The notes under the pieces were generated by a model. The model saw only the letters and a list, made by a program, of their open reading frames with translations. It was not told the origin of the DNA and did no database searches. From Macrostomum lignano (lineage: Eukaryota): a stretch of DNA of 64,000 bases. The stretch spans positions 124,001 to 188,000 of the forward strand of contig NIVC01001938.1 in the NCBI GenBank assembly GCA_002269645.1, written 5' to 3'. How positions within the stretch are numbered: position 1 is the stretch's first letter; the number at the start of each line of letters is the position of its first letter. Position numbers and translations under genes: made by a program. Of the stretch, positions 21,806-37,045 are shown piece by piece.

Positions 21806-22779
21806 GAGTAGAGAAAGGTATAAAGCAAAAAGCATGTTTATAATCGTTTTATAACTGCGAGTCAATACCTACCTGTCGTACGATGCCTCCATACTAGCAT
21901 TCGTTGAAGTCTGAGCCACATCAATATTGCCACATCAAGATAGATACAGAGAAAGATAAACAGGAGCTAATGACAGTCTCAGACTTGAAGTTACTTATGA
22001 GTGCAGTTCTAGAGACGAACCGTAGTTCCGAACAAAATATAACGCTGTCGTATTTCTATAGCCTATAGGGGTTACTAAAATCTAGAATTACAAATGAAAT
22101 AAGTCTTCTGCTCTTAGCCCAGCTCTCTGATTCTGTACGCAGCGAGAAAGGGCTTTAGGCGTGCTATTCCAATTGGCTCTGATCCCCTATAGTCAAAGAG
22201 ATGGGACAGGCTATGCGGGTGGGGGACGGAAAAATTCCTAGACAAATTTTGAGGCAGCCCAGCCCCTCAGTGGAATCTTTCAGTGGGGAGTGGGTCGTCC
22301 CTCCTCCACACTGTACATTCGTCGATGTACATTTGCGCTCCCCACTTGAGGCCCCCCAGAAAACCTTTCCACGAGGCTTAGCTTAGCCCACGCTCCGCCA
22401 ACCCCCCCCCCCCACAAGCCCACATCCTATCTTACGCTTTCACTATACGCAAAGGGACGCTATGCATTGAAGACTAAAATTATTTATCATCATTGGACGA
22501 TCGAGGTGGAAGTTGGAACAAATGAAATCTTAATCAGGAGACTTATAGACACAGGAATCCCAGGCTACAGGGACAGGGAGTGACGCTAAGAGACCAGGCA
22601 TGGTCATCAGGAGTGCAAAAGAGATCGCCCTATATCATTACAGCTCATCCTGCCTCCCTGCATCTCTCTACCTCCCTACATCCCTCCCTACCATCCTACA
22701 CTTATCCGACTATCCCCACCTCCCTACATATCTCGCAGCCTCCCGAGCCCCATCGGCAAGCAAAAAAACATGGCGCTCC

Positions 22780-23700
22780 CTCAACTGAAATGGCATTCCC
22801 TCAACTAATGTTGAACTCCCTCAACTGAAATGCCATTCCTTCAACTAAAATAGCGCTCTTTCAACTAAAATGACGCCTCTCAACTGAAATGGCACTCCCT
22901 CAACTAAAATGACGCTCCCTCAACTGAAATGGCACTACTTCAACTAAAATATCGCTCTCTCAACTAAAATGACGCTCCTTCAACTGAAAAAGCACTCCCT
23001 TAACTGAAATGGCACTCGGTCAATTAAAATGGCACTCCCTCAACTATAATGGCGCTCCCTCAACTGAAATGGCACTCCGTCAACTAAAATGACGCTCCCT
23101 CAACTGAAATGGCACTCCCTTAACTGAAATGGCACTCGGTCAATTAAAATGGCACTCCCTTAACTGAAATGGCACTCGGTCAATTAAAATGGCACTCCCT
23201 CAACTATAATGGCGCTCCCTCAACTGAAATGGCACTCCCTCAATTAAAATGGCACTCCCTCAACTAAAATGACGCTCCCTCAACTGAAATGGCACTACTT
23301 CAACTAAAATATCGCTCTCTTAACTAAAATGACGCTCCCTCAACTGAAATGGCACTCCCTCAACTATAATGGCACTCCTTCAACTGAAATGGCACTCCTT
23401 CAATTAAAATGGCACTCCCTCAACTATAATGGCGCTCTCTTAACTGAAATGGCACTACCTTAACTAAAATGACACTCAACCTAACTAAACTGGCGCTCTC
23501 TCAACTTAAATGGCACTACCTTAACTAAAATGACACTCAACCTAACTAAACTGGCGCTCTCTCAACTTAAATGGCACTACCTTAACTAAAATGACACTCA
23601 ACCTAACTAAACTGGCGCTCTCTCAACTTAAATGGCACTACCTTAACTAAAATGACACTCAACCTAACTAAACTGGCGCTCTCTCAACTGAAATGGCACT
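22780..23700. repeat. 20-bp minisatellite (CAACTGAAATGGCACTCCCT and variants)
   Basis: About 45 diverged units sharing the GAAATGGCAC core with the 21.3-kb array. Confidence 0.9.
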
Positions 23701-24399
23701 TATTTAAATGAAATTCCGCCAAGGTTCGCCATAGCTCGTACCGCTAATGAAAACAAAGTAAAAAAATTGGATAGCAACCAAGACCGACAAAATTACGCTT
23801 CCGTATTAAATTATATGGGAATTTTTCTGAATACTCGTAGCTTAACTTAAAATAAAGTGAGAAACTTTATATCTACTTAGAAAAAAATTGTATGTTCGCT
23901 GTGTACGCAAAATGCATTACAAAGATCGGGATGTCTTGATTTTCGACAAACGAATATAGCAATAGTTTTCCATTGTAAAAAGCAGCTCAGATATTCAAGT
24001 GCAGCTAAGCCAGATGTGAAAACTCGTTAAAAAATTGCTTCGTCACGTGCTATTACTAGCAGTAGTAGTAAAATACAGTCTTTTCTTTTTGCGAGCAAAA
24101 TTATGATTAAGAATTTCGATTGTACAGTACAATTGTCCTACATGTACAATTAGCTTTTGAATCATTAAATTTCATTAAATCATTAAATCATTAAATTTGA
24201 ATCATTATGTACATTAAAAATCCATTTAATCAACAAAATAATATTAGAAGGTATTGCTTTTAGCTTCCGAACAATTACAATTAATTCTAATAAAAAAGCT
24301 ATAAAATGTACACACTTCTATTGATCCTTCAACTGTCAAAATTTGCTCACATGTATACTTAGTATCCCGTTAGCACCAACCTTGATAATAACGCTTCTG

Positions 24400-25950
24400 T
24401 GTCTCTTAGTGAGAGCCCCTATCTCTTTGGTGTGGGCATCTCTGTCTCTTTGGTGTGGGCATCCCTGTCTTTTGGTGTGGGCATCTCTCTCTTTGGTGTG
24501 GGCATCTCTCTCTTTGGTGTGGGCATCTGTCTCTTTGGTGTGGGCATCTCTGTCTCTTTGGTGTGGACATCCCTGTCTCTTTGGTGTGAGCATCTCTCTC
24601 TTTGGTGTGGGCATCTCTCTCTTTGGTGTGGGCATCTCTCTCTTTGGTGTGGGCATCTGTCTCTTTGGTGTGGGCATCTCTGTCTCTTTGGTGTGGACAT
24701 CCCTGTCTCTTTGGTGTGGGCATCTCTCTCTTTGGTGTGGGCGTCTGTCTCTTTGGTGTGGGCATCTCTCTCTTTGGTGTGGGCGTCTGTCTCTTTGGTG
24801 TGGGCATCTCTGTCTCTTTGGTGTGGACATCCCTGTCTCTTTGGTGTGGGCATCTCTGTCTCTTGGTGTGGGCGTCCCTGTCTCTTGGTGTGGGCATCTC
24901 TGTCTCTTGGTGTGGGCATCCCTGTCTCTTGGTGTGGGCGTCCCTGTCTCTTGGTGTGGGCATCCCTGTCTCTTTGGTGTGGGCATCTCTGTATCTTTGT
25001 GGGTGCATCTGTCTCTTAGTTAGGTACCCCTGTCTCTTGGTGTGGGCATCCCTGTCTCTTGATGTGGGCATCCCTGTCTCTTGGTGTGGACGTCCCTGTC
25101 TCTTGGTGTGGGCATCTCTGTCTCTTTGTGTGGGCATCCCTGTCTCTTGGTGTGGGCGTCCCTGTCTCTTGGTGTGGGCATCCCTGTCTCTTGGTGTGAG
25201 CATCCCTGTCTCTTGGTGTGGGCATCCCTGTCTCTTGGTGTGGGCATCCCTGTCTCTTGGTGTGGGCATCTCTGTCTCTTTGGTGTGGGCATCCCTGTAT
25301 CTTTGTGGGTGCATCTGTCTCTCAGTTAGGTACCCCTATCTCTTGGTGTGGGCATCCCTGTCTTTTGGTGTGGACATCTCTGTCTCTTTGGTGTGGGCAT
25401 CTCTGTCTCTTTAAAGTGGGCATCTCTGTCTCTTGGTGTGGGCGTCCCTGTCTCTTTGGTGTGGGCATCTCTGTATCTTTGTGGGTGCATCTGTCTCTTA
25501 GTTAGGTACCCCTGTCTCTTGGTGTGGGCATCCCTGTCTCTTGATGTGGGCATCCCTGTCTCTTTGGAGTGGGCATCTCTGTCTCTTGGTGTGGGCGTCC
25601 CTGTCTCTTGGTGTGGGCATCCCTGTCTCTTGGTGTGGGCATCTCTGTATCTTTGTGGGTGCATCTGTCTCTTAGTTAGGTACCCCTGTCTCTTGGTGTG
25701 GGCATTCCTGTCTTTTAGTGTGGGCATCTCTGTCTCTTTGGTGTGGGCATCCCTGTCTCTTTGGTGTGGGCATCCCTGTCTCTTTGGTGTGGGCATCCCT
25801 GTCTCTTTGGTGTGGGCATCTCTGTATCTTTGTGGGTGCATCTGTCTCTTAGTTAGGTACCCCTGTCTCTTGGTGTGAGCATCCCTGTCTCTTGGTGTGG
25901 GCATCCTTGTATCTTGGTGGGTGTACCTGTCTCTTGGTGGGCGGCCCAAT
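24400..25950. repeat. 18-22-bp complex minisatellite (TCTCTTTGGTGTGGGCATC..)
   Basis: Dense tandem reiteration that explains the many spurious ORFs at 24.3-26 kb. Confidence 0.9.
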
Positions 25951-26227
25951 CTATTAGTTGGGTACCCTGTCTCTTTTTGTGAGGACCCTGGCCAAGAGTT
26001 GACAAAAGTTGAGCTCTGTCATTCGTCAATTTTGGTTACCTCTTTTATTCAGTTTTTAAAGAAGCGCAACTATTGTAATATTGCAATGGCGAATGGAGGG
26101 TCGACACCCTGGCTCCTTCTGTGTACACCACACGGTTACTTTAGGACACTCTGTATTCCACAACTGACTCGTTTCCTCATACGAAATTCATGTTAATGCA
26201 CATTATGTACAAGAATATGTGGTCGAA

Positions 26228-27276
26228 TTATAATCTGCAACCGAAAATCGGTAAAATCGATGATATAGGCGAAGTTGCCATGCGCAATCTGCCCCTGTAG
26301 CTAAGATGCATAAATCTGTGCACAGTAAAAGAGCGATTAGGAATCTGTTTCGTGGAAAACTTTGTGCCATTCAGACGCTTGCAGTGACGACGCTGCAATG
26401 GAGACAGCTTTTCCGCTTTTTTGCACAGCGACTTTAGTCTGTCAGGAATCCATGCCACGTCCCAGATGGGCTGGAAGGCGTCTGCCTCGGCCAGCATGTT
26501 GCCGCACCAGTCGGCAGGTCGGTCGCTCTTCTTTAGAGCCGTGTACTTCTCGTAGAATGTGTGCAGCATTCTGGGTCCCGTGACGCGAAATGCATCAAGA
26601 TGAGATCGAAAGACTTTCTTGGCCCAATTCTGATTGAACCATGCCGGCCAGTTCTTCAGCACGAAGTTCAGGAAGCTGTGTTTCGCTCGGCTCATCATCA
26701 CAGCATTCGAAATCAGTGCCGGAAGATTGAACGTGAAGACTGCGTGCTCAGTAGGCTCCTGACTCCACACGGCTGACTCACAGTCGAAGTTCGGAGTCAG
26801 CCCCGCTCCCTGAAGCTGCGACGGTCTCAGCAGCGGTGTCGGATCTCGAAGCAGCTCCACATCCGTGTCGACGTACAGACCGCCGACGTGGTGCAGCACG
26901 ACCAGACGGCCGATGTCCGATCGCTCCAGCCCGTTGACCAGCTTGCGGTAGCTTTGAACAAGGTACGGATAGTGCTTCGAGATGAGCTCGGAGATCTGCT
27001 TGTCGTCCCAGTGCATGAAGTGCCAGGCCTGGATTCGGCTACCGTTACTCAGCCGTGCCCAGGAGCGCACAATGGGAATCAGCTTGGCAGGCACTCGGCC
27101 GTCTTTGCTGGTCCAGTGCACCAGCGGCGGGATGGAGTCCGGGAAGCGGAAGGGCAGCTCGCCGCACTGCCACTTGTAGCTAAAAATCGACTGCGAAGTC
27201 CAGTTTGCGCTGAGCAGGCAGAGCAGCACCGACGCCACCACCAGGATCAGGAGGAACGATTTCCACTTGTTGGCTG
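26228..27276 (-). CDS. GT32-family glycosyltransferase, copy 3 (main exon)
   Basis: Same motifs. Tandem NAGNAG acceptor (cccag|cag|CCAAC) at 27277/27274. Candidate first exon 27505-27460 (MPSQKLKFPCCCLST, G|gtaagt, phase 1). Confidence 0.85.
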
Positions 27277-28304
27277 CTGGGATTTTATTTGAAAAAGTTT
27301 TGCTTCATTTATAAATTACGAAACAGAGCTGTGTATGGGCTTAAAAGATGATGGTCTCTCGGATTCCCAAGTTTTAGGTTTGTTTTTAAGTTCAGTTTTT
27401 CTCAAGCTCAACTATTGTACGAGCATAAGTGATGTGTTTAAACAAAGGCGGCCACTTACCAGTACTCAAACAACAGCATGGAAATTTTAACTTTTGGCTT
27501 GGCATTCACTTTTGAAAAAAATGATTACGCTATGGTGGTCAATTTCAATCGTCTCGTGTGTGACACATGTAAGTAAAGCAGCCATGGACAGCTAGTGAAA
27601 AATTGTCCCTTAAACACTAAAATACTCACAATTCTGGCAGTAGCACGAAAAGCTTCTGTCGGGGTCAGAAAGAGAGCATGCTACTGCACAGAATGTACTG
27701 TCCATTTTTGTGACCTCTGTGCACAACGATGAAGAGAGAAGAGAGTTTGCTTGTTTGCGCGTGTATGACTGTGCTCGCCAGTCCAAGGCTTGCTGAAAAC
27801 TGCGCTTTGTGTGTCAATATGCTCTCTTTCTCCTTGGTATTGTTAGACTCCGAGACTCCTCTCTATAGAATGCCAGACAAAGTTGCTGAGTAAGAGTTCC
27901 TACCCCGTTAATTACTGAGTTTGTTCAGTACGTGAGGCATGCCCATGAATTATTTTGAATGTACACGTATAAGCGTGAATTCATGACTTGTTACAGCCAG
28001 TTGAAAGTATACTTAACAACATCCTAGACCTGCAGTGGGCCTGGGCTAGAGTTGGAAAACCTGTGCCATTGCAATGTGGTGAGCTGAAGTCAGTCAGAGG
28101 TTTTCAATATTGCCGAGTGTACATTGCATTAAGCTTTCACCCGGATCATACGCGCATTATTGTTCTAACTGTGCAAATTAGGTATGGCCAGAAGTCTGGG
28201 AGGCAGGATTTTCTTCTTGACGATGCCTCTAAACAAAAAAGCAAAGTTCTCCATTCGAGAATTTAGCGCATACTTTTATTCGATTATCTAATATCCATGC
28301 TACA

Positions 28305-28450
28305 TTATCCATTATCTATCCATTATCCAATCATACATTATCCATTATCCAATATCCATGATCAATCATACATTATCCATTATCCAATATCCATGATCCA
28401 TCATACATTATCCATTATCCACTATCCATGATCCATGATACATGATACAT
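28305..28450. repeat. Short ~35-bp tandem repeat (TACATTATCCATTATCCAATATCCATGATCCATCA)
   Basis: 3-4 visible degenerate copies. Confidence 0.6.
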
Positions 28451-29143
28451 TACAATTTTTACATTAGATTTAATTATCAAACGCGCAAGTCGAGGGTGCC
28501 GATTTTTTTATGATTTATGATACGAGCTTTGTATTTAATTAATACAATAAAAGGAAAAATTGCACAATTGGCATAAATAAGTGAATAACAATATTATGTT
28601 TCGACGCAATATTTAGCTAGTTCCATTCTGGGAACTGGGAACTGGGAACTGCATCGGAACCCTGACTAGATTGAAAGATTTTTATCGTTTATAAAGTTCG
28701 ATTGCTTATTTTCGAGAGCATCCTTTCGGGCCGCATATGGTAGAACAACTCCGGGGATATGTCGGGCTGGATGACGAAGCCCACATGTTAACCACAGATT
28801 TATTTATCCGTGAGTCTGCAACTGGAAATGGATTGCATGATCTGTACTGAATACGAGTTATTGGTGTATATGCTCGAAAAGTAAGATCCAGAGAAACTCT
28901 AAAGCATTTACCAAAAATAAGAAGTTGAAGTCGATATTTAATTTAAACTTCAAGTCAACAATAAGCAATACGTGACGTGTAAATGTCCAATGTACAACCG
29001 ATATAAGTCCACCTGCTAGGTGCTAGCGAACTAAAGCTACAAATTGCAGCAGTTACGGTGAATACTCGTACGTGTTTGAATTGAAAATCAAGAACGGAGA
29101 AAAACTGCAAATAAATGAGCATATCTCAGATACTGTAGCAAAT

Positions 29144-30237
29144 TTAAACATTACACTTGAGAATTGGTAATATTTCCGACATTGCAGTTAGGCGTAAAAA
29201 ATATCTTCTGTAGCTCATATGTAGAAACCTATGAACCGTGTACGAGCTCTTTGGTATCTGTTTCTGCTTGAACTTTGCATCAGCCAATCGCTTGCAGTAT
29301 TGCCGCTGCAACAAATTCAGCTTGGCAGCATTAGAGCACACTTCCTTCAATCTTGCCGCTCCGTAGTACAAATCGCTGAGGGGCTGGAATGTGTCCTGTT
29401 CCGAGAGCATGCTGCCGCACCAGTCCTTGGGGCGGTCACTCTGCTTCAGCACTGTATAATTATCGTAAAATTTCTGCAGCATCAAGGGTCCCGTCACCTT
29501 TATCGCATCATTGACTGATCGTCTTGTGGCTTTCTCCCAATTCCGCTCGAACCATGATGGCCAGGTCTTCAGTACGAAGCTCAGGAAGCTGTGATTCGCT
29601 CGGCTCATCATCACAGCATTTGAAATCAATGACTTATTCATATTGAATATGAAAGTTGGATGCTCGACTGGCTCCTGACTCCACACGGCTGACTCACAGT
29701 CGAAGTTCGGAGTCAGCCCCGCTCCCTGAAGCTGCGACGGTCTCAGCAGCGGTGTCGGATCTCGAAGCAGCTCCACATCCGTGTCGATGTACAGACCGCC
29801 GACGTGGTGCAGCACGACCAGACGGCCGATGTCCGATCGCTCCAGCCCGTTGACCAGCTTGCGGTAGCTTTGAACAAGGTACGGATAGTGCTTCGAGATG
29901 AGCTCGGAGATCTGCTTGTCGTCCCAGTGCATGAAGTGCCAGCGGTCAGTGGGGAATTCGTCAGCATTCGAGCTGTTTCTGTCAGCGCTGCTGCTATCGT
30001 TGAGTCTGACATCGAGCAGTCGCCTCCATGAGCGCACAATGGGAATCAGCTTGGCTGGCACTCGACCGTCTTTGCTGGTCCAGTGCACCAGCGGCGGGAT
30101 GGAGTCCGGGAAGCGGTAGGGCAGCTCGCCGCACTGCCACTTGTAGCTAAAAATCGACTGCGAAGTCCAGTTTGCGCTGAGCAGGCAGAGCAGCACCGAC
30201 GCCACCAGGATCAGGAGGAACGATTTCCACTTGTTGG
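29144..30237 (-). CDS. GT32-family glycosyltransferase, copy 4 (main exon)
   Basis: Same motifs. Phase-1 acceptor atattcag| at 30238. Candidate first exon 32846-32825 (MSACLTF, C|gtaagc) lies beyond the GATA array. Confidence 0.85.
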
Positions 30238-30284
30238 CTGAATATTGGGGAGTTCATTTGCGGAAAATATTTGTTCTATCTAAT

Positions 30285-32731
<2,447 letters not shown>

Positions 32732-34084
32732 CTCTGCAAAAAATTTTTGTCCTGAAATCTCATTTAGAAAATCTTGACAAGAAAAATGCATAATAAAAAT
32801 ACATAATTGTTTTAACCTGCTTACGGAAAGTCAAGCAGGCAGACATGCACCCGATAGAGCGATCCTTTTCACATGCAATTACTGGCACAAGCTGTTTCAA
32901 TACTAGCTAGAACTGATGAAACTGTGTGCCTCTCTGTACACGTAGCTCTGTGCGCGTCAGCACACGTTTATTTATTATTACCTGCTCGCGCTTGGACACA
33001 GTACGAGGGTACAAATGCTTTTATTGTTCAATGCCTCAGTACAGTTAGACAACCTATGAGGTCTCAGTCAGCTAGCTGCTGTTACAGGGAGGGACAGTGG
33101 CTGCTGATTGGCTCTTTCTCTCTTTACAAAGTCGTACCCAGAGCTAAGAGTTTTACATTAACAGTCATACGTTAACTTCTTTAGGCAAAAAGTAGAGTCA
33201 AGTTTAGTTTATAAAAAGGACTGCGACGACAGCTAACTAAATATGCATGATTCCAGCCTGCCTGCAGGGCGTCAGAATCAAGCAAAATCAAGCAAAGCCT
33301 GACTAGCTATTCGAAGTCGTGAGGCATAGCAAGACCAGGGACTTTTAAAGCTAGCACCACTAGACTGCTGGAAGCTAGAATAAAACGCACAAATCAAATA
33401 AACTAGTTCTTTCGAGTTAGGGCAACTGGGGATAGGGAACTGGGGGGAGAGCAGGGAAACCGACAAACGAATAGAAATGCACAGGGCATTAATATGTGTC
33501 GCGACTTTCCTAGTCATTTCTTAGTTCACCTTCACTTGTCTCTGTTTACTCCGTTTTCTCTCTCTCTGTCTAGCTCAATCTTGTTATTCTTATCTCTCTC
33601 TCCCTTGCTGCGTTCTGATTGGCTCTCCGTTCTCGCCTCTTTCCTCAGTCGCGCACTCCACCCCCTCTCTTTATTATTCTGGGCTCAACCCCCCAAAGTT
33701 AAATGTTCTATAAATATATCGGTTTGGGCCCTGCGCCCACTTACTGCTCATCCTGCTCCTTCAATTTAACTCCAATTAAATACTCTTTAGTTTAGTATTT
33801 TTTCTACAATATGTGCTCGTTGTATGTACAATTTAAGAAATTATTCACCCTCCTAACCCCCAGATCCTCCTTGCTTCTCTGCGAAGCACTGACAAAGAGT
33901 ATATGATGCCTTGCACCGTGCAGGTTGCCCCTTAAATCACAAATCCACACTGCTATCATTTCCAAGAGCATGCTTCAGTACAAGCTTTAAATGCTGCATA
34001 TATGTTCAGCCTACTGTTGATGGTGTCTACTGTCTAATGCTCAACTCGAGCAACCACGGAATCTGGAGTGAGCCTCCGCAGCCA

Positions 34085-35010
34085 GCCTCTACAAGAAGCA
34101 GCTCTTCTTGAGAAATGGAAGCGAGCAAACCTGAGAATACTTTGAGCCGGCGAAGTTCTCCAAGATTTGCCCTCGCGATTTTTATTCCAATGACTTCATT
34201 GAAGCATCGGCGGATACCAACGTCACATGCAATAAGAGAAGAAGCGAGTCGCTGTCAAGGAGTTTTCTGAAGCCTGGAGCGGTTCCATCCATCTTCCGAG
34301 AACGCTCCTATCTACTTGTGATCTGACAACAAGGCACCGCGAGCAACAATTGACATTGTCTGAGCGCATGGAGTTGGAGAGAGAGCTGGAATTGGAGTCT
34401 TTCTGGAAGCTGACTTTATTGCTGAGACGGACCTTCAGGAGATTCAGCGCTAGCTGGAGCAGGAAGCAAGCACGCCAGCTGGATTTAAGACGGCTATCCA
34501 ATACAACAGGCTCTTGGCTCTACCGTCTATATGCTAGAGACAGTCAGTGTGTCGTGTTTCCTGCTACAACTGCCTAGCCGAAGGCCTTTCCGTCACGCAT
34601 GGAGTTAATGGACTGCCACGAAAAGCAAGCATCAGCGACTTACTGACTGGAGGAAAAGCTTTGACTCCCAAGTCCCAGTCAGCTTGTGAATCCATTATCC
34701 AGAATCAAGAATTAAACTAAAGATTCCTGCAAGGCTGAGTTTTCACCTGAGACCAAGGTCGCCAGTCTGCTGGATGCGGTGTGCAAGACCTCTTGGAGGC
34801 AGCAGAAGGGCTGACGGACAATCGGACTGTGAGCTTTGCCCTGGAGCAGCTGAAGCTGAGCAGGAAGTCATCATGCATCATGAGGTACTCCAAGGATCTC
34901 CTTGTGCTCTCCTACTTAATCTAATCCATCAGGATACAAGACCGTGCTTGAGCAGGACGTCATCTGCCTCTCATCTGATCGCACGCCGAGGTCCATAACT
35001 GCAAGAGTTG
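34085..35010 (+). pseudogene. Degenerate THAP / P-element-like transposase relic
   Basis: Frameshifted THAP domain (LLEKWKRAN..FEPAKFSKIC..DFYSNDF..LKPGAVPSIF, about 34085-34300). A later segment FALEQLKLSRKSSCIMRYSKDLLVLSYLI*..GYKTVLEQDVICLSSDRTPR resembles THAP9/P transposase N-terminal regions. Multiple stops and frameshifts. Confidence 0.6.
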
Positions 35011-37045
35011 GATCTTCAAGCGGCGCGGCCTTTACAGCCAAGGCTACTTTGCGCTGCTGAGAGTTTCAAAGCTGTTAACTCTGCTACATCTGCTACATCT
35101 GTAACATCTGCTACAGCAAGGAAGCAAGGACTGGCGAACTTTGTGTCTGTTGCGAATATTTTTGCAACCACGGCAAAAATATGTCTATGTCCCTTTAAAC
35201 TACTGACAGACTTGTCTCAAACGCCGTTGGCTTAATTAAATTTTTCTTGCAATTTGCATGGTCGGTCTTCCTATTGAATGCATTGAGAGTGGTTTATCTT
35301 GGGAACATAAGATCTATGCTCGAGTTTTATATTCCGCATGCGTGCATTTACAGGTATATGTACCATTGCATCTATATGCACATGTATGAACCTGGGTGCA
35401 TTTATATAAACTTACTTGCTTGCCTTTTGTTTATCTCTATGTCTATGGGCAAGACCGAATCAACTGCTGCCAAATCATTGATTCCTGCACGGTCACGAGT
35501 GCTAGAGCGCACACTCGTGCATGATGTTCTTCGCTCACGAGTGAACGTGAAGGAATACCATTATTGGATGAGTCATCGTGCAACAATGCACAAAACCGTG
35601 CAGGAATGCATTTCTACGCCTAATGCTTTTTCAGTGAGATTTTACCATAGATAGACATTCCGTTCCTGGACGCAAAAGCGTGCAAGAATGTCATTCCTTC
35701 ACAGAGAATAAGCCGAAAATGCAACGCAGAGAGAAGTTAAAGATTAAGATGCAGCTCAGAATGCATGCTGAAACCAGGAAGCAGGACAACGCAGAATGCA
35801 ATGCTCAGAATGGCTGCATCGCCAGGCAACCTCCTCCGCTGTAACAGCCACGCCCAGCGACTCTCTCGCCACCCGCTCCAACAACATAGACCTCCATTCC
35901 TCCTGGCTGATGCCGCCGGGGGCACCTGCTTCCTCTCCGACAACGTCCGGCTGCGTCAGGCGGCTTTTGATTGCTGCCTTTAGCAAAGAGTTGGCGAATT
36001 TTGCCGCATTCAGGAGTGGCGAGTACGGCGGCATTGATGTGCAGCGAAATGCGGTGCTGAGGCTGCTGCGGAATGCGAGCCGCGCGGTGGAAATGTGGCC
36101 AGTCCATCAAGGGGCCATGCACACTGTCACATTTGCATGGCCCTCGCTGCGTGGAGACAGTTCGCAAGACTTTCGTCCCTTTCAAACTGCGGCCCTGGGA
36201 GCGTCTTGTCCATAAATTGAAGGCCATCCAAAAATTGATGAACTCGTCGTCCACTTCCGTACACTTCTGTATTGAGGAATTCCCGCGTCTCGTTGTCAAC
36301 CTACCAGCTCGCGTCCTTTCGGCCGCCTCGTGGCAACGACTCATCTCTTCCCTCCTCCCTGTGCAGCTTTATGATCCGGTGGGCGGATGCCCTCGAGCAC
36401 CCTAGCAGCATTTTTGACAGAGGCGCCACCGTTCACCGTGTCTTTGAGCCGGCTTTCGATCAGCAGAACTCGCAGGGAGTGCGATTTCGTATGCAGAGAG
36501 TGGGGTTACGAGCTAGGCGAAATGACAGTAAATGTCAAATTCTCAATTTGCTTGTCGAACTGTCAATGTCTACTTGTATGTCTATATCCTTGCCTATTTC
36601 TATGCCTATTTCTATATTAATATCTATGTCTATGCTGACCAAAAGCTTTAAGTTATTGTCGAGGCGAACGACGCGAGCAGGGGACCACTAAATGCGTCCT
36701 GCAGGAATTCCAAACCATATAAAGTGAATTAAGCCTTTCTTACTTCGTTTCTTTTGCCCGTCCAAATGATGATTTTTAACATTGACCATCAACATGTTCG
36801 AAGTCGTTTTGGCTATTATAGACAAATGAATAGACAAGGAAGACATAGGATTTTTTCCAACTTGGCCCGGTCTTTCTGATCGACATAACAAGTATTTCAA
36901 TTGTAATGGAAGTACGAACGAAGGTGGAAAAAAGGGAAGTTGTTTGTCTTGTTACTATTCTGTTTATGTTTATGACACAGTTTGGCTAATGTAAGTCAGA
37001 AAAGTCATGGCTAAGTAATAACAGTCTTAAGTGGAATCAGTAACA

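Noticed and set aside
24336-25949. Many overlapping 70-300-aa ORFs on both strands
   Set aside because: Minisatellite translations.
27270-30240. Flatworm spliced-leader AUG supplying the start codon of GT32 copies 3 and 4
   Set aside because: The acceptors are phase 1, so an SL-terminal AUG would be out of frame.
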